DNA from: Lytechinus pictus
Lineage: Eukaryota
Assembly (NCBI RefSeq): GCF_037042905.1
Contig: NC_087251.1
Location: 26,660,001-26,724,000, forward strand
Length of the DNA: 64,000 nucleotides
Reading direction: 5' to 3'
Shown: positions 25,229-39,441 of the stretch, in pieces
How the letters are laid out: each line of letters begins with the position of its first letter
How positions within the stretch are numbered: the first letter of the stretch is position 1
Notes under the pieces: generated by a model
What the model saw: only the letters and a program-made list of their open reading frames with translations
Database searches by the model: none
Told to the model about the DNA's origin: nothing
Position numbers and translations under genes: made by a program

Positions 25229-25618
25229 ATAGTTCCCATGATATTCAATTGAGAAAAAAATAGCTTCACATTTAAATCGTCTTGCTCCCGCCCCTTTTCA
25301 AAACACCCTAGCAGCCCTTGCATAGAATATTCCGTGATTTTAACTTCTTGATCTGGAAGAGAAGGAACGTGCATATATTGGATGCGCCTCTTTATGAACA
25401 ACTTTTATCAAACTTTTAAAATCATGGTGTAATATTATTTTTTTCCTTGAAAATTCGAATGTTGACTTTGGTTGACTCAGACCCGCGATCGTTTTTGTTT
25501 GGAATTTTGGATATGCACGTTTTATGCAACTCCTGCTAAGCCAAGCCATGCAACGAAATCGAACTCCTTGTGAACATTTTCTTTAATGATTTACTTGACC
25601 CCGAAACCCCGAATTTAA

Positions 25619-26105
25619 AGGACAAGTCCACCTCAACAAAATGTTGATATGAATAAATGGAGAAAAATCCAACGAGCAAAACACTGACAATTTCATCAAA
25701 ATCGGTGTAAAATAAGAAATGTATGACATTTTGAAGTTTCGCTTAATTTCACAGAACAGTTATTTGCACATGCTGGTCGGTATGCAAATGAGCATACTGA
25801 TGACATCACCCACTCACTATTTTTTTGTATTTTATTATCTGAAATATGAAAAATGTTATTCCTCCCAGATTAGTTAAGTTGGTCCTTTTTGTCAAATCTG
25901 TAAAAATTGAAATATTGTATAGTTCAAAAAATTAACAAAAGAAATAGTGAGTGACATCATCGACTCTCTCATTTGCATACCACTGAGTTTAAGATGTCAT
26001 AACTCTCTTATTTTACATCCGATTTTGATGAAATTTTCAGCGTTATGCTTGTTTGGTTTTTCTCTATCAATTCAAATCAACAATTTTCTGGGGTAGACTT
26101 GACTT
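25619..26105. mobile_element. TTAA-flanked MITE (Kolobok-like, AG 5' terminus)
   Basis: TTAA|aggacaagtccacctc ... ggggtagacttgactt|TTAA. The long imperfect arms share ttcatcaaaatcgg/ccgattttgatgaa with the elements at 37.3 and 39.4 kb. Confidence 0.7.
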
Positions 26106-27329
26106 TTAAGGATAACGCAACATGATATACGGCGTTGTGTTTACACCAAGTATTAATGTCCAAAATAAATCTCGCCTTTCGAATAGTATTTGAGAATATC
26201 TTAACTAACAATCTACTCCCAGATAACCATTATAACTGATTTAATGTTAACCGATTTACTTTATATTTGTTTAAATTGAGCATAATAATTTGGAACTCCT
26301 CACTTGGCTTGACCGTCCAGACAAACATTTTCTGAACATTGACATGGAAGAGACAAATAAAGGCTAACATGAACTGTGAATATGAATTATGAATACCGGT
26401 ACGTCAATTGCTTCACGAAGTTATCATTTACTCTTTGAGTTTCAAAGTAAAAGAGGATTCGAAAAAAATGAGACAAAAAGCGATGAAAGGGTCAACATAA
26501 ATGTTATGTCTGTAAATGGCTCAATGCCTGTGAAAATTCAAAGCGCAAACAAAGATTGGAGGGGTATGGCCTTCTGCAAACTTGGGTATTTACATACATA
26601 CTGATCTGAATTGATAAAATATGAGCTTATTTATCTTGCACGAATGCACTTCAAAGGCAAAAAAAAACTTGAATAGCGAAATATCAAGCCCTGGGAGTGT
26701 TTTAAAGAGTGTTATTAATACATGTACGTGGTTGAGAATTAAAGTACGATTTTTTTTGCTTCCAAAATCACTGTGATACTCCTCTTTGACTAAAACCTTT
26801 ATTCCATATTCCCGACACAAGAAGCAACATTGGATCGAGAAGATTTGTTAAAAATGTACAGGGAAAGGTTAAATTCATTGCCACTTTTTTTTTTACAATA
26901 TTCATAACATGTACATAGCTTGCTAATGAAGATGCTTCCTTATTTCCCTTTTTTCTAATTCATCAGTCATCGGTACATATTACTTATATTCATGATTGCA
27001 CAAAAATATTTGAAGGATAAAAATAATTAAAACCCAAGAATAGATACACAGATTGATCAAATTAAGAAATTATGAGGTATCAGCTTGTATCCAGCTGAAA
27101 ACCCGGAGTACAACTTTTAAGCAAGCTGAGAGCTTTTTATAAAAAGGTTTCAATGTTTGTGTTGTGCGATGTTTGCTTCATGCAAATTCGCTCTTCTTCC
27201 GATTGTGAATAAGAATGTTGGACTGGTTGGTTCTAATTTACACTTGGTATTTTGCAAAGAGAAATCACGTGGTGGCAACTGGTTAAGGCCATAGAAATAG
27301 AAATAAATTAAATCTGATCAGGAGAAAAA

Positions 27330-27760
27330 ACTATATTTTTGGTTTGGCTTTGTAGCAGAAGCTAGACATAACGTTGTCGTTTTTCCGACGGCGTGCGGCG
27401 GCATTAGCGTCGTTAACACACACAAAGATAACTTGTCTGTATAAGATTCCAATTCATGAAACATGGACATATTGGTAATCAAGACTCACTGATAATATTT
27501 GGCATGAGTTTCAGGTCACAAATATTAAGGTCAAAGGTTATTTCAGGTCGATGAAATTTGACTATGGTATGGTCTCTTCATCACCCGATAGAAGAAATTT
27601 ATATTTCATGTAACTTAAACACGATTATCAAGCATCAAGAATAATTATGTATCCGATCGAATTTAATAAAAAAAATGTATGCGAGGCTTAAAGCACATAA
27701 AGCAGAAGTCACATGAAAAATAAGGTTTCAAAGTTAAGGTCAAAGAAATACAAGTTTTAT
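27330..27760. repeat. Degenerate interspersed repeat with (GGC)n-like head and aaggtcaaagg motifs; possibly Helitron/HINE-type remnant
   Basis: ttttccgacggcgtgcggcggc head followed by repeated ggtcac/aaggtcaaag motifs. Similar reverse-strand remnants lie near 24150-24650. The family assignment is from recollection and unverified. Confidence 0.3.
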
Positions 27761-28082
27761 AAGGCCTAATAATACAAAGTGAAAATTGCAACTTAATCAA
27801 AAGCCATGTGAAACCTGCATATATAGGCTAAAATATGTTCTATATTCGTATCTAAATTTACCCATTTATTGCTTTACAAGCGACTGAAATGCAAATCTCA
27901 GTATTTCTTAATGTTAATATGAGAAAATTTTCAGGGCTGCATGGGGTTATTTCGCCCATTTTTTTTTTATCAAACGTTGAAAAGCACATCATTATTTCTA
28001 AAAAGAAATCTCTGGAATAAACTTTGGGCTCAAAGTTTGACCAACATCTCCATGAAAAGGGGGCCTGGTCCATGATACTTAC

Positions 28083-28184
28083 TTGCGTCTGTATCAAGGT
28101 CTGGTTGAGCCTGTGCGAATTCGTCTACTGCTAGTGGCGCCTTTCCTTTTACTGCGGCTCCACCACCTGCACTTGCTCCGGCAC
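28083..28184 (-). CDS. Internal coding exon 2 (102 nt, symmetric phase 1; GAGASAGGGAAVKGKAPLAVDEFAQAQPDLDTDA)
   Basis: Acceptor ctatttctgcAG|GT and perfect donor A|GTAAGT at 28082-28077. The frame is open, and the segment is GC-richer than the AT-rich intron around it. Confidence 0.82.
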
Positions 28185-28793
28185 CTGCAGAAATAGGAGT
28201 AAGCAATTAGTAAAACTTAAAGCTTGAAGGGGAAATCCCTTATGGGCAATTCCATAGGTTGGTGGACATGAGCTCAATGTGTCTTTGTACATATAGCCCA
28301 TCTGAACCGTAACATGAGTAACCACTTTATCTGCACCCCTAGTAAAAACCATGTGTTCTTTATTTTTTTAATTATATACAAATTTGTCTCCCTAATATAC
28401 TTCTTTGAAATGGATATAATCAACTTTTATAAAAGCCTTGCATGAGGACACTTTTCACTTATGTCCACTTTTCATTTTATGCATGTCCAAATCATGTAAC
28501 ATGAGTAACCGACACATTTCAAAGATTTGCAGGAGCATAATGAAATTTCCCAAGTTTTGTTTTTATACAAAGGATAGTCAGACTGCGTACTATGTTGTGA
28601 TAAAGAGATGTTTAGTTCCTATCAATAATAATGGAGTTACAGCTCCAAGTATGAGTCAAGGTGTCTCCAAATGTAACGTGAGTAACCGTGGAATAGCCCT
28701 TATTCATATCCCTCTCTTTCTGAAGTTATGAACATAATTTACAAGAAAGCTAATTTTGACCTGTATATTGTGACAGAGACGCTGAGAAATAGC

Positions 28794-28890
28794 TTTATCA
28801 TCACCACCACCATCATTATCATCACCATCATCATCATCATCACCACCATCATTATCAACATCATCATCATCAATCATCATCACCATCATT
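28794..28890. repeat. Imperfect (CAT)n/(CAC)n microsatellite
   Basis: Directly visible. Confidence 0.9.
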
Positions 28891-29837
28891 ACATTATTCT
28901 TAATAAAAAGTTTTTATTAAAAATAATTAAAAACATCACTAATCTATCGACTAACCATTATCATTACTAAGCTTATTTTATACATCGTTATTATTTCATG
29001 TTTTTATATTATCGTAATTATCATTCACTGTTCGGGTAGATAGCACATATGAAGGTAGGACAATGAAGGGGGGCAATAGTCCGAACCGTTCAGTTACATA
29101 AATAATAAATTGTTTTTACAAGGGAGGCTTGCCAGGTTATGAGGTTTTACTTGAATACGAATTTGAAGATCTTAACCCCTTTTTAGCTTTCCATTGGTCC
29201 TTGAAGCGCTTAGAAAAGCGAAGTTACCACAACAGAGAATATTAATTTTCATATTCAATCGCGCAGCTTTGATAACCAACTTATTTGCATTCTAAGTGAA
29301 AATTCCGTGAACAAATCTTTAGATAGTAAAACTGTGAATCACGTATTACAAATATACCACTAATCATAATCCAATAAACAAAATTACATTGTCTAAACCC
29401 ATCAAACATCAAATTGATAATTAAATTTGTTTATCTATCAGAAAAGGACCAAAATTTCCAATTCCAATAAGCCAATATTTGTTCATCGGCAGCATAACGT
29501 TACAAACAAACGTTACAAACAATATTTGACATTGTTCCTCGCTATTGTTCATTACATCAATACAAATATGTTTAAAACAAAGAACAGTCAAATAACAAAA
29601 ATTGTCAAAACGTCACGTGTGGTGATGATAACACTAATATTTGTCAAGTAAATTCAATCATATTAAAGAGCCCGGAACAGAGCTATTTACCAAGATTTTG
29701 AAAGACCGCCTACAGTCCTTGAACATACAATACATTGATTTGCTAAACTCTTCCATTATGAGTCACTAAATTTGATAAATAGATAGATCTTCCTCATTCT
29801 AGTGTCCGTCAATCCATAATCCATATATATACATATT

Positions 29838-29872
29838 TACACACACACACACACACATACACACACACACAC
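29838..29872. repeat. (CA)n microsatellite
   Basis: Directly visible. Confidence 0.9.
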
Positions 29873-32800
29873 CCACATATATGTAGTTTTAGTTGTAGTA
29901 CAAAGACATTTTGCATGGAAAATTAATAACGCATGGCTTATTAATTATGTTTGTAATGTTGACATTGTCTACAACATTTCATCTAGGATTTTAATAGCTC
30001 CATGGTTCAACCACATAACGCTTCATACACATCACACCCTCGCGCACACTATTGCACCTTCTTTAATTAAGCCTATTTATAGAAGAAAAATAATGATGTG
30101 GCGGATATTCCCGGGATAATCCCAAACTACAGAAACGATATTTTTCCAGATATATAGGCTAATGTTAAACTGCAACCAACACGTAAAGCGATACACAATT
30201 AGTACAACCGAATACAAAAACAAAGTGTCTTGCCTCTCGACAATGAAACTCTTTCATGAGAATGTACTGCTCAAAAGCACACTCGCTCCCTGAATTGGGA
30301 CTTAAACCCCCTAAAATACAAAATGGCAGGTGGAGAAGTATCGGTCATGTCATGGACGAATGTAAAATAAAAACGAACCATGTCAAGAGTAGTCGTATCT
30401 GTCCACTTGACTGTCGTTGGGCATGGGTTGATAGATTACGCATGTTCATTACTTCCAACATTTTGGAATTTTCATGTGACCAACATTTCAGCCGATCCAC
30501 TAACTTCTTATATATGACATTTACAAATGCTTTGGAACACTCCTACATTGAACAAGGAATACAACAGACGATAGCCGCCTCTTTGTAAGGAGGGGATGAA
30601 AAAATAAAGGTAAATAAAGATAAAGTTATGTGTATAGATACGCACCATCTTCCTCCCATAAATCGGGAAGCCAACTCAAGAGTTGACCCATTTTTATCTT
30701 CAACTTAACATTCCAAGCGTGAGTTCAAATATTAGCAAAAATCACTTCCCATCTTAATTATCGATGACATGAGATAACACAGGTTTCATTAACTGCTGCA
30801 TTGCAGGCGTACAACTATAAAAGAGCAACGTGCACAAAGTAGCTGCAACTATATAGTCTGCTAGTACTTAACGAAATGCTTTACCAAACTAAAGCAACAG
30901 GCTATAAACACAAGAATGAAGAATTATACCAACGTATGCCTGTATAGGTTACTTTGGTACTCCAATATCTTTGTCAACGAGAGCTGGGCTAACCCTTGGA
31001 AGCAAACTTCATTTATTCAACCATAAATCTCACGATTTGATGAAAGTCTGCCTATATTTGGGCTCGATATTTACCAAGACACTTACAGTGTTTTCATACG
31101 GTACTTGCTGAACGTAGAATACAAGAACACCAGCCAATCAACTCGGAATCAATAATCTTTGACATTTAAAAATGGGACAGGAATGTAAAGTACACTCTGA
31201 AATAGTCGTAATGTTTGGGAAAGTTGGCTTTCGTAAAATGACAGCTGATTAGTTAAGAGATAAGAGGACTGTCAATACTCATTGGGAGAAAAGAATTGCT
31301 GGATTATAATTATTATTTCTATGACTACACGAGAGTTCAAAAAGTCATCGCTATGAATGGAGTTGAATTAACAGCGCTCAGCTCAGGGACAGCATCACTT
31401 AATTAGGTACCACGATCCGTAAAGAAAAGAGGAACGCCATTTTCTAGTATAAAGTGCATTGACCTGCTTAGATAAGAGATGAGACATGTACTACATCACT
31501 GAAAAATGTACTTAACATCTTTTGCCAAATTTAAGTTTTTGAAACGAAAAATCTGTTATGATTATTTCAAAATTTTCCCCTCTTTTGGGCTGTGTTCATT
31601 TTTTCAGCTCGATAAGCTGACCCCATCTCTAAGCGTCCTCCACGTAGCATCTGTTCTGCTAATAATGAGTAAATGAACACAAAGCGTCCTGTTACGACTA
31701 AACCTCCGTGGCCCAACTCAACACTGCGAATCTGTTTATTGTATTCCAACTTCCAAGCTTTGCATATATCGAACCCCAAAAGAGGCCTTAAATCTCGGTA
31801 AGCGTATTGCTTTGTCAATTCAAGACCACTGTGCTTTGTTCCCTGGGCTCAGCTCCCCGTCGAATTATTCCAAGACCAGGCTACAGTAGACAAGGGAAAG
31901 TACTACAAGAGCTCATACCAAGCAATCAGAGATACATTTCACAAACTACAATGGACCTATTATAGGTCCATGGTATTACTACGCATCTGTCAAAATTTCA
32001 TATTTAAGAATGATAACAAACTTGCCTGTTTCAATACTCCAAATTCGATAAATCCTTTATCTCCTCTATTTTTGTAAATGCCATTAAATCCAAAGACAAT
32101 CGTTCGGATGATTATTTAAATATCAGAGAATGCAAGAAAGAATATTCCAGACGATGAGAGCTACGTCTCAGTGATGGAGTTGATGGTATCATCCAGGTTA
32201 TGAATTCACGTTTTGTGATAGAGTGACGCGAGAAACGGGATGTTTATGGTGGTAGCACACTGGAACACCCCTCTCCACACGCTCTTAAAGATCCACGCCC
32301 GAACCCTGTGGTACTCATGGGCGTTTTCACGCAACGGCCAACTCACATCGAATGAGCAGACCTGCACAGTGCGCTCCTACAATAAAGAACCATTCTCTGT
32401 TCTTTGTGGCTACTGCGCATAATAATAATGGACCGTCAAGCACTAAAAGATACTAAATTGAGTTGAACTTATTCAAGTGTGGAAGGTGCATATTGTCAAC
32501 CCCCCCCCCCCTTCTCTCTCGCCTTTTTACAACACAAATAAGAATGCTTTGCATTCCAGGGTTTTGTGGCTTAGAAAAAGGGCTCCAGATTATCTCCGCA
32601 TTTTATTCTTTCTTTCGGGTGTTTTTAGCACTTTTCACGACACAGTGCGCTCTCATTCTAACCAGAAGTTGTTTATTCACGATTCATCATAGTTGTATAC
32701 CTAACTGCTGAAGTACGTTATATAAAGATTTGAATAAAATGATAGGTGATGCTGAGGAAAAGTATAGTTTTCAAAAGGGATCGAAATTTGATGACAGGAA

Positions 32801-33496
32801 CAATTGAAATGGCGAATTGAAGAAAAAAAAAATTCCTTCTTGTTGAAATATATGAGTTGGAACCCCCACATTACTAAGAAATAAACAGTTCAATAGTTCA
32901 GTTCGATGAATCCTTTGTGAATTGTGAAAGCAAATTAATCGTAGAAATTTGAGTGGGTAGTTTCATTACTTGCTGTTTCGTAAAAAAAAAAGAAGCATCA
33001 CGAGAAAACAAGATGCACCAGAGTGAAAAACACTTTCGCTTTTCAAAAGATATTTATCTTTGGTATTTTTCCTTAGATTCTCATTCATATTTGGTAGCAA
33101 AACATATTGGGGAAGAACCAATGGTTCACTCACTCTAGCAAAATAAAAGTTATATTTACGACGACCTTTTCTGATTCGAAAAAAATGAAACAACATTAGG
33201 ACAGTCTCATACAGTATACTTGAACTTCGGAAACTCTTTAACAAACTTTACTTCTGTGTTTACCGAACCCCTTCTTTGGGCCTCGTCCAAATATTTCTCC
33301 ATATTGCTGCAGTACGCACCATAGATTTTTATATGAACGACATTGAAAAGAGACCTCTACATCGTGTGGAACCAAATACTTTTTTTCAGACCCACCATAA
33401 CTCAACCATCTGATACTACACACGGGTCAAATGGGAGTCACTTTCTTCTGGTGACTATCGTGAAGGACAACTTTTTATTATTACCCCACCCCATAC

Positions 33497-33536
33497 CTAT
33501 CAACATGGATCCTACTAGGAGGATCCATGCTATCAA
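33497..33536. mobile_element. 26-bp palindromic insertion with a 7-bp direct repeat; probable DNA transposon (P-superfamily-like) excision footprint
   Basis: CTATCAA|CATGGATCCT actagg AGGATCCATG|CTATCAA. Confidence 0.55.
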
Positions 33537-36500
33537 CGATCCCAACATCCTTATAGCAATACAACACCCAATATCTCATATCAAGCCTTAGACATGTTAG
33601 AAGACCTTAAATAAACGATGGGCGTGTTCTTGACAAAGGGTTTTATATACAGCCAGATGAAAAAGTGACATCGCTTATGAAATGGTGAAATTATTCGATT
33701 ACATATTGAGGATTTTTGCGAATTCCAACTTTAATATCGTCCCTGAATCCAAACATGAACTTGAGCACCCTCCCTTTCATACAATTAATCCTTAACATTG
33801 CGGGCATGTAACATAGGTCCCCATTATTGTCTATCTTATTGCTAAATCATGGTAATGGATGCTGAAGCCACTACTCGACATGTCGGATAGTGGCTTCAGC
33901 GGCACAACATCACAAGAACCAAGATTGAGACTGAAGATCCCCTCCAACTCTCTAACATGGCTTTTGTATCAATAAGAATATACTGTATTAGATTATGAAT
34001 AATCACAACAGATATCATGACAGCCCAGGCATTGAACCTGAAGGCTGACATATGCTTCGGGGCAGTCAAAAAATTACCAGGGTCCAAAACTTCCCTGGTG
34101 AGACACATCACTCGCTTCGGTCACCTCCAATGCCCCCTGCGAAGCGTTAAACCATATTTGGTAATGGTCACAAACTGCGTTCAAAAATGTTAACCTGGTA
34201 ACGCTGGAGACACAACCGGCTAATTAATCGCGTATAGAGGAGACACTTGAATTGCACATTTCAGCGATTTATATCAAAATTGTTGACACAATTTGAATTT
34301 TCTCATCTTTTTTCCGTCTCCGTAGTTTCTTGACTGCGTATGAAAGGTGTTTGGTCACGACAGCTGTGTTTACATCTGAATTTAAAAGGTGACCTAATAA
34401 TAAGCTTTACTATTGTCACCATGCATGTAGGACAAAGAGATTTCAACTTAAGACATGAACTTGTCGAAGCCGGAGTCCTCCATACAGAGAGTCTGACCAT
34501 CGGGTGCATCCTCAGGACATATATATGTTAATTCATAGTATGTTCTCACAGACAAGATGTTTCAATATCACCCGAGACCATGAATAACTAACTACTCAAA
34601 TACACATTCAAGAGGCGTCATACGACCAGGAATTAATCAACCCAATTACCAAAATGACCGTATACGCACCGCAGGTGGGGGGGGGGGGGGTGTCCTTCCC
34701 CCCCGACCATGCCATACCATTCCATTCTAACTGTGCATCATAACCTTCAATTTCAATTTAAAATTACCCAACATGCATCAGTAACAGATAACCTTATCGT
34801 ATATAGTAAATCAATTAACGAAATGGATGCGATCATAAATATATATAAATATTTTAATATTTCTGTTGTGAGTGCAAAGTAACGTAAATCATATGGATTA
34901 AACAAACTTTCCAAGGGAAAACGATATCATCCCTTGCAGCGCAGCTGTACCAGTTTATGGAATTGGTTTACTTGAACACGTGGAGTCTTGTCATCTGCAG
35001 CAATGGCTGGTGACCCTTTTTCTCGTAGCCATTGTGTTCGCTGGTCAGACTATTGATTGGGGAAATCAGAAAATAATGAAAAAATGGCAATCCTGTTTTT
35101 CGCAGGGACTCCGTGGTCAGAGATCTAACAATGATTTCATGAGTGGTATTGATCGTGGGGATAAAAGGCGTGCCCTATCTTACGCGTTGTCGGGCATCAC
35201 GACTCGGCGAGTGGGAGCACATTACGCAATTTTTTTTTAACTCGAATTCTCTGAAACGGAATATCCCGTGGCGTATTGATCCAACGTCTTGCCCAAAACG
35301 GCTTAGCCAATGGACTGAATAAATGGGCAAGTATATAGATGATCATCTTGCAGAAATGGAAGAAGCCTCCACCATTCAGTAGTTTACAGCTTCCGAGAAT
35401 TGACATTTTCAAATATTTTACTCGCTCAAATATTTCACATTCTAGACTGTTTTTTTTTTATTTCTTGGCAATATAGGACAATAAAACCAAGAGTATAGAG
35501 CTTTACAGTTAGAATGCAATTCTAAGTATTCTAAAGAATTAAATGTATCGTATCATCGACCGTGAGTGGCTAAAAATGGGAGTAGGATGCGCACTTCGAG
35601 TAAATATAATTGAAGGATTTAGAATGAGAATTCACTGAATGAAAAGATTTAATGTGGAAAATGAAGACGTAAGATCTGAGTATGCTGAGGGCGAATAAAA
35701 GAAAACTATTCTAAATTTCACAAACTAGTTAAAACGCCGTCAGAAATGGGCGTAAACACATATAACGTCATTTTATCTCTACAGCAAGGCCAACAGTAAA
35801 AAGCAAAGGCATATTGATACAAAAAGAGAATATTGGACGGGCCTATCGGAGCAAGCGAGCATCCACCCCCCCCCCTCGATCACTTTTTATGTTGTGAGAT
35901 ATGTGGCTTCTAAAAAATATCACACTAGCCAGATATTCATCCCAATTCTAACCAAATTACGTTGAAAATTATCATATTCATTCTGTAAACCCAACAGGGA
36001 AAACATATAGATTTTGTGATCATTTAGGGGGCAGTCGCCCCCGCAAGTTAGTGCACATAAGCCTACAAACATGGAAAACCATCATCATCGCTAACACCAA
36101 CAGGTTAACTCAAGTCCAAATGAGGCTAGAAACGACATTTCCTGTTTTATCTCCTGTGACTGTCAATTAATGAATAAAGATATATATTTAAATATCAAGA
36201 AGAATCAAAGGTACCATGACTACCCATGAGAATAACAAAAAATAAAGTAAAAACATAGTTTTGAAATACAGGGCCAGAAAGGGCGGTTAAATATTGAAAA
36301 TAAAGAGCTGGTTTTTATTTTCTTTTATTTGTATTTTTTTACTTTCTTCAAATAGACGAAAAAACTTTTAATGAAAGTTGCCAGCGAGGAAAGCCAAACA
36401 GATAAAAAGTATTTCCCCACGATACTGTTCTAAATCTTGCAAGAAAATATCATAAATCAATTAGATATCAACGAAAATTTAAGGCGGTTGTATTTCTAAA

Positions 36501-37314
36501 TAAATACAATATTTTTGAAAACAAATCTAAATATACACGAGATAATTTTGTGGGCCTCTCTAGCCATCCCACCCTCCTCTCTCGAAAAGAAACGCAAGAA
36601 GGCCAGTTAGTATCGCCGTAAGTCTAAGTCAAGTTAGTTTTGAGAGGCGGGCTGGTAAAATAAAAAGGACTGATAAAGATTTAACAAACTTGATGACATA
36701 AAATACAATAAAATCGGAATTATTTCGTTGACACAAGCAATCCTAATATTCGTAAGGTTGGTTCGTTTACCCTTGCAATCTCGACTTCGCGATAAAACGA
36801 GATGTGAACAACAGAGTGGAATGCCATACAAATTAAACCTTAAGGAGCTGAGCCTAGGAATACACCTAGAACAAGATAGGGGGAGATAATAACTAATCAA
36901 ACAATCTTGGTCAAATATCAGTAGTTCTATGTCAAATGTGAAGAATCTTTGGTGGAATTTCCGTTGGCTTATCACAATGTTAGTCGGTAATAAAGATGTA
37001 AATTCACAAACACCGATTTGTTTTTGCGTTCGCAATCTACCGTAGACATACAGAGGGTGCTCTTTCTCTTTTCCGAAACGAAATTATATAGACAATTCAT
37101 TTTTAATTTGAAATTTGCAATATCAAATCAGATTTTACTAAGACCTTACCTGGCCAACTATAAGTTGATACCTAGGTCTATTCCAACCATTGTATGAAAT
37201 AAATTTGTGTACTTTATTCTCTACATCCTATGTATAAATCCCAATGTGTCTTCAAAACAGAATTTGCAAGATCTACCTTTATTTTGAATATCGTTTAATC
37301 AGGATGATTCTTAA

Positions 37315-37842
37315 AGGGATTCTCCAGGCTGAAAATAATATGATTTAAGGAATAACAAAGTAAAGATTTGCATAATTCCGATGAAACAGTTCTAGGCATG
37401 TCTTCATGAATATTCAATGAGCAAATTGATGATGTCATATCCCCAGGCCACTGGTTTCTTTTTTTTTATTGTGTGAAATTATATTTATTCAATTTTTTCT
37501 ACCAAGAACTTGAAAAAAATGGATTGGCAACTGATAAAGTGCATTAGATATCCATTGCGGCAATTAAGTACATTATAAAGGAAACACTTTATTCACACAT
37601 GTACGAAAAAATGAAACAATCGCGATATCGTGTAATAACATAAGAAAAGGGGAAGTTGGGTGTGACATCATCAGCCCATCTAATGAATATTCATGACGAC
37701 GTGCATGAAACTATTCTCACAAAATATTTCTCAACTTTAAAATTCAATAACTTCGTTATTTTTTTTCCGATTTTGATGAAATTTTCAGCATTTTGCTCGG
37801 TGAATTTTACTTCATTTATTCATATATAAATATTTCCAGCCT
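37315..37842 (-). mobile_element. Diverged TTAA-flanked Kolobok-like MITE, inverted relative to the 39442 copy
   Basis: TTAA|agggattctccaggctgaaaat ... tttccagcct|TTAA. The central region matches the reverse complement of about 39630-39840. Confidence 0.75.
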
Positions 37843-38067
37843 TTAAAAGACTAGAAACACTAATACACCCTGAATGGGCATGATAAAGATAGTTAAAGAA
37901 GCTTCCTTCGAAAAGAAATTGGTCTTGATTGTGCAGAAAGTAAAATTAGAATTTAGAATACAATGAAAAAAATGCCCCTTTTACTGAATTAAGAAAAAAA
38001 TGAAGTCACCATTATTAGGTCGTTGCCTTATCTACCGAAATACCATGGTGTCGGCGTGTCGCCCCTG

Positions 38068-38166
38068 AGTAGTAGTAGTAATAGTAGTACTAGTGCTATT
38101 ATTATTATTAGTAGTAGTAGTAGTAGTAGTAGTAATAGTAGTGGTGGTGGTGGTAATAGTAGTAGT
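38068..38166. repeat. Imperfect (AGT)n microsatellite
   Basis: Directly visible. Confidence 0.9.
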
Positions 38167-39441
38167 TCTCTACTCTTCAAGGATATCTCGAGGAATATTT
38201 TTACAAAGTCAACGAGAAACTATTGGAATATTCTCAACTCTACAATGGTTATCCTCTACACAACAATCCCAATTAACCAAGGTCAACCTACGTAAAAATC
38301 GTCAAACGATCAACAAATAACAAGAAGCTTATAGAATAGCAAACGCGTTAAAAGGGCATCGTCTCCACTCTATTGGGTCACTTGAGGACACCATCAGTGT
38401 CTGGAGAGGTCATGTGAGGACATCCTCTATTACGTAATGGTTACCGCGAACGCAACACCCAGAGGCATCGAAGGTCGGCTGATGAAATGGATACCTCGTA
38501 ATCAGGAGATAGAGAGGGGAAAGAGAGGGAGAGCAAGGGGCTTGGCGAGCTGCTGGATGATAATCCTTCGGTGGGCGATTGTCTCGAGTACAAAGGTCAA
38601 ATAAGGACAGCTGGCAAGTCATAACTATAGTATTAGGATACATGTCATGGCATGACGAAATGGACCATCCCCGCAAGGTAGATCGTTGTAGAACCTTCGG
38701 GAGGCGAACAGGGAATGTTCACCCGTGGATGTAAGGTTATTGGACTAGAGGCCTACTGTACACATATATAGGTTCACAACATTAGGTTATCTTCTTCATT
38801 CAGTAATTCCATTGGAAACTGGGGAAATAATTTATGGACGAATTCTCGGAATTCAAAATCAGGAAAACCTTACTAATCTCTATTAAGCTCATAGTCTGTA
38901 GACACCAGTTCTCACCACTGTTTAATTCTCATTTATGATGTAATTATTTCATAAAGATAACGAAGGTCCATTGTGAATAGAAATCTACAGCATCTATCAT
39001 AAATGAAAAGGACAATGCAAATAAAGATTTACGACGTGTCTGACGGGTCGTACTGGAGTGGTGAGGGAGATTGCTGTCACTCGCGTGTAACTTGTCCTCA
39101 AAATGGTGTAGTTAGCACGCTCTCAAATTGAACTTATCGCCTCCGGCAATTCTATTTTCTCTCCCCTTTTTATCCCACCTCTTTCCCTCTCTTTTCCAAA
39201 GGAATTCGGAAACCACCAAGCAAGCCAGTTTTGACCCACTATTGTTCCAGTGACACGGTCATGCAAGGTCGTATAGGAAAACAAGATTCGGGAGCTAAAT
39301 GTTCTTGCCTTGGGTCAAGTGTGTGTGAAGATGCCAATTTGAGACTGATCGCCAGGCAGGCAAAGGTAAGTGGAAGGAAGGGGTGGTAATGCTTTTTCTT
39401 CACATCAAATTACCTGGTTTTCATTAAGAAAGAAATCTTAA

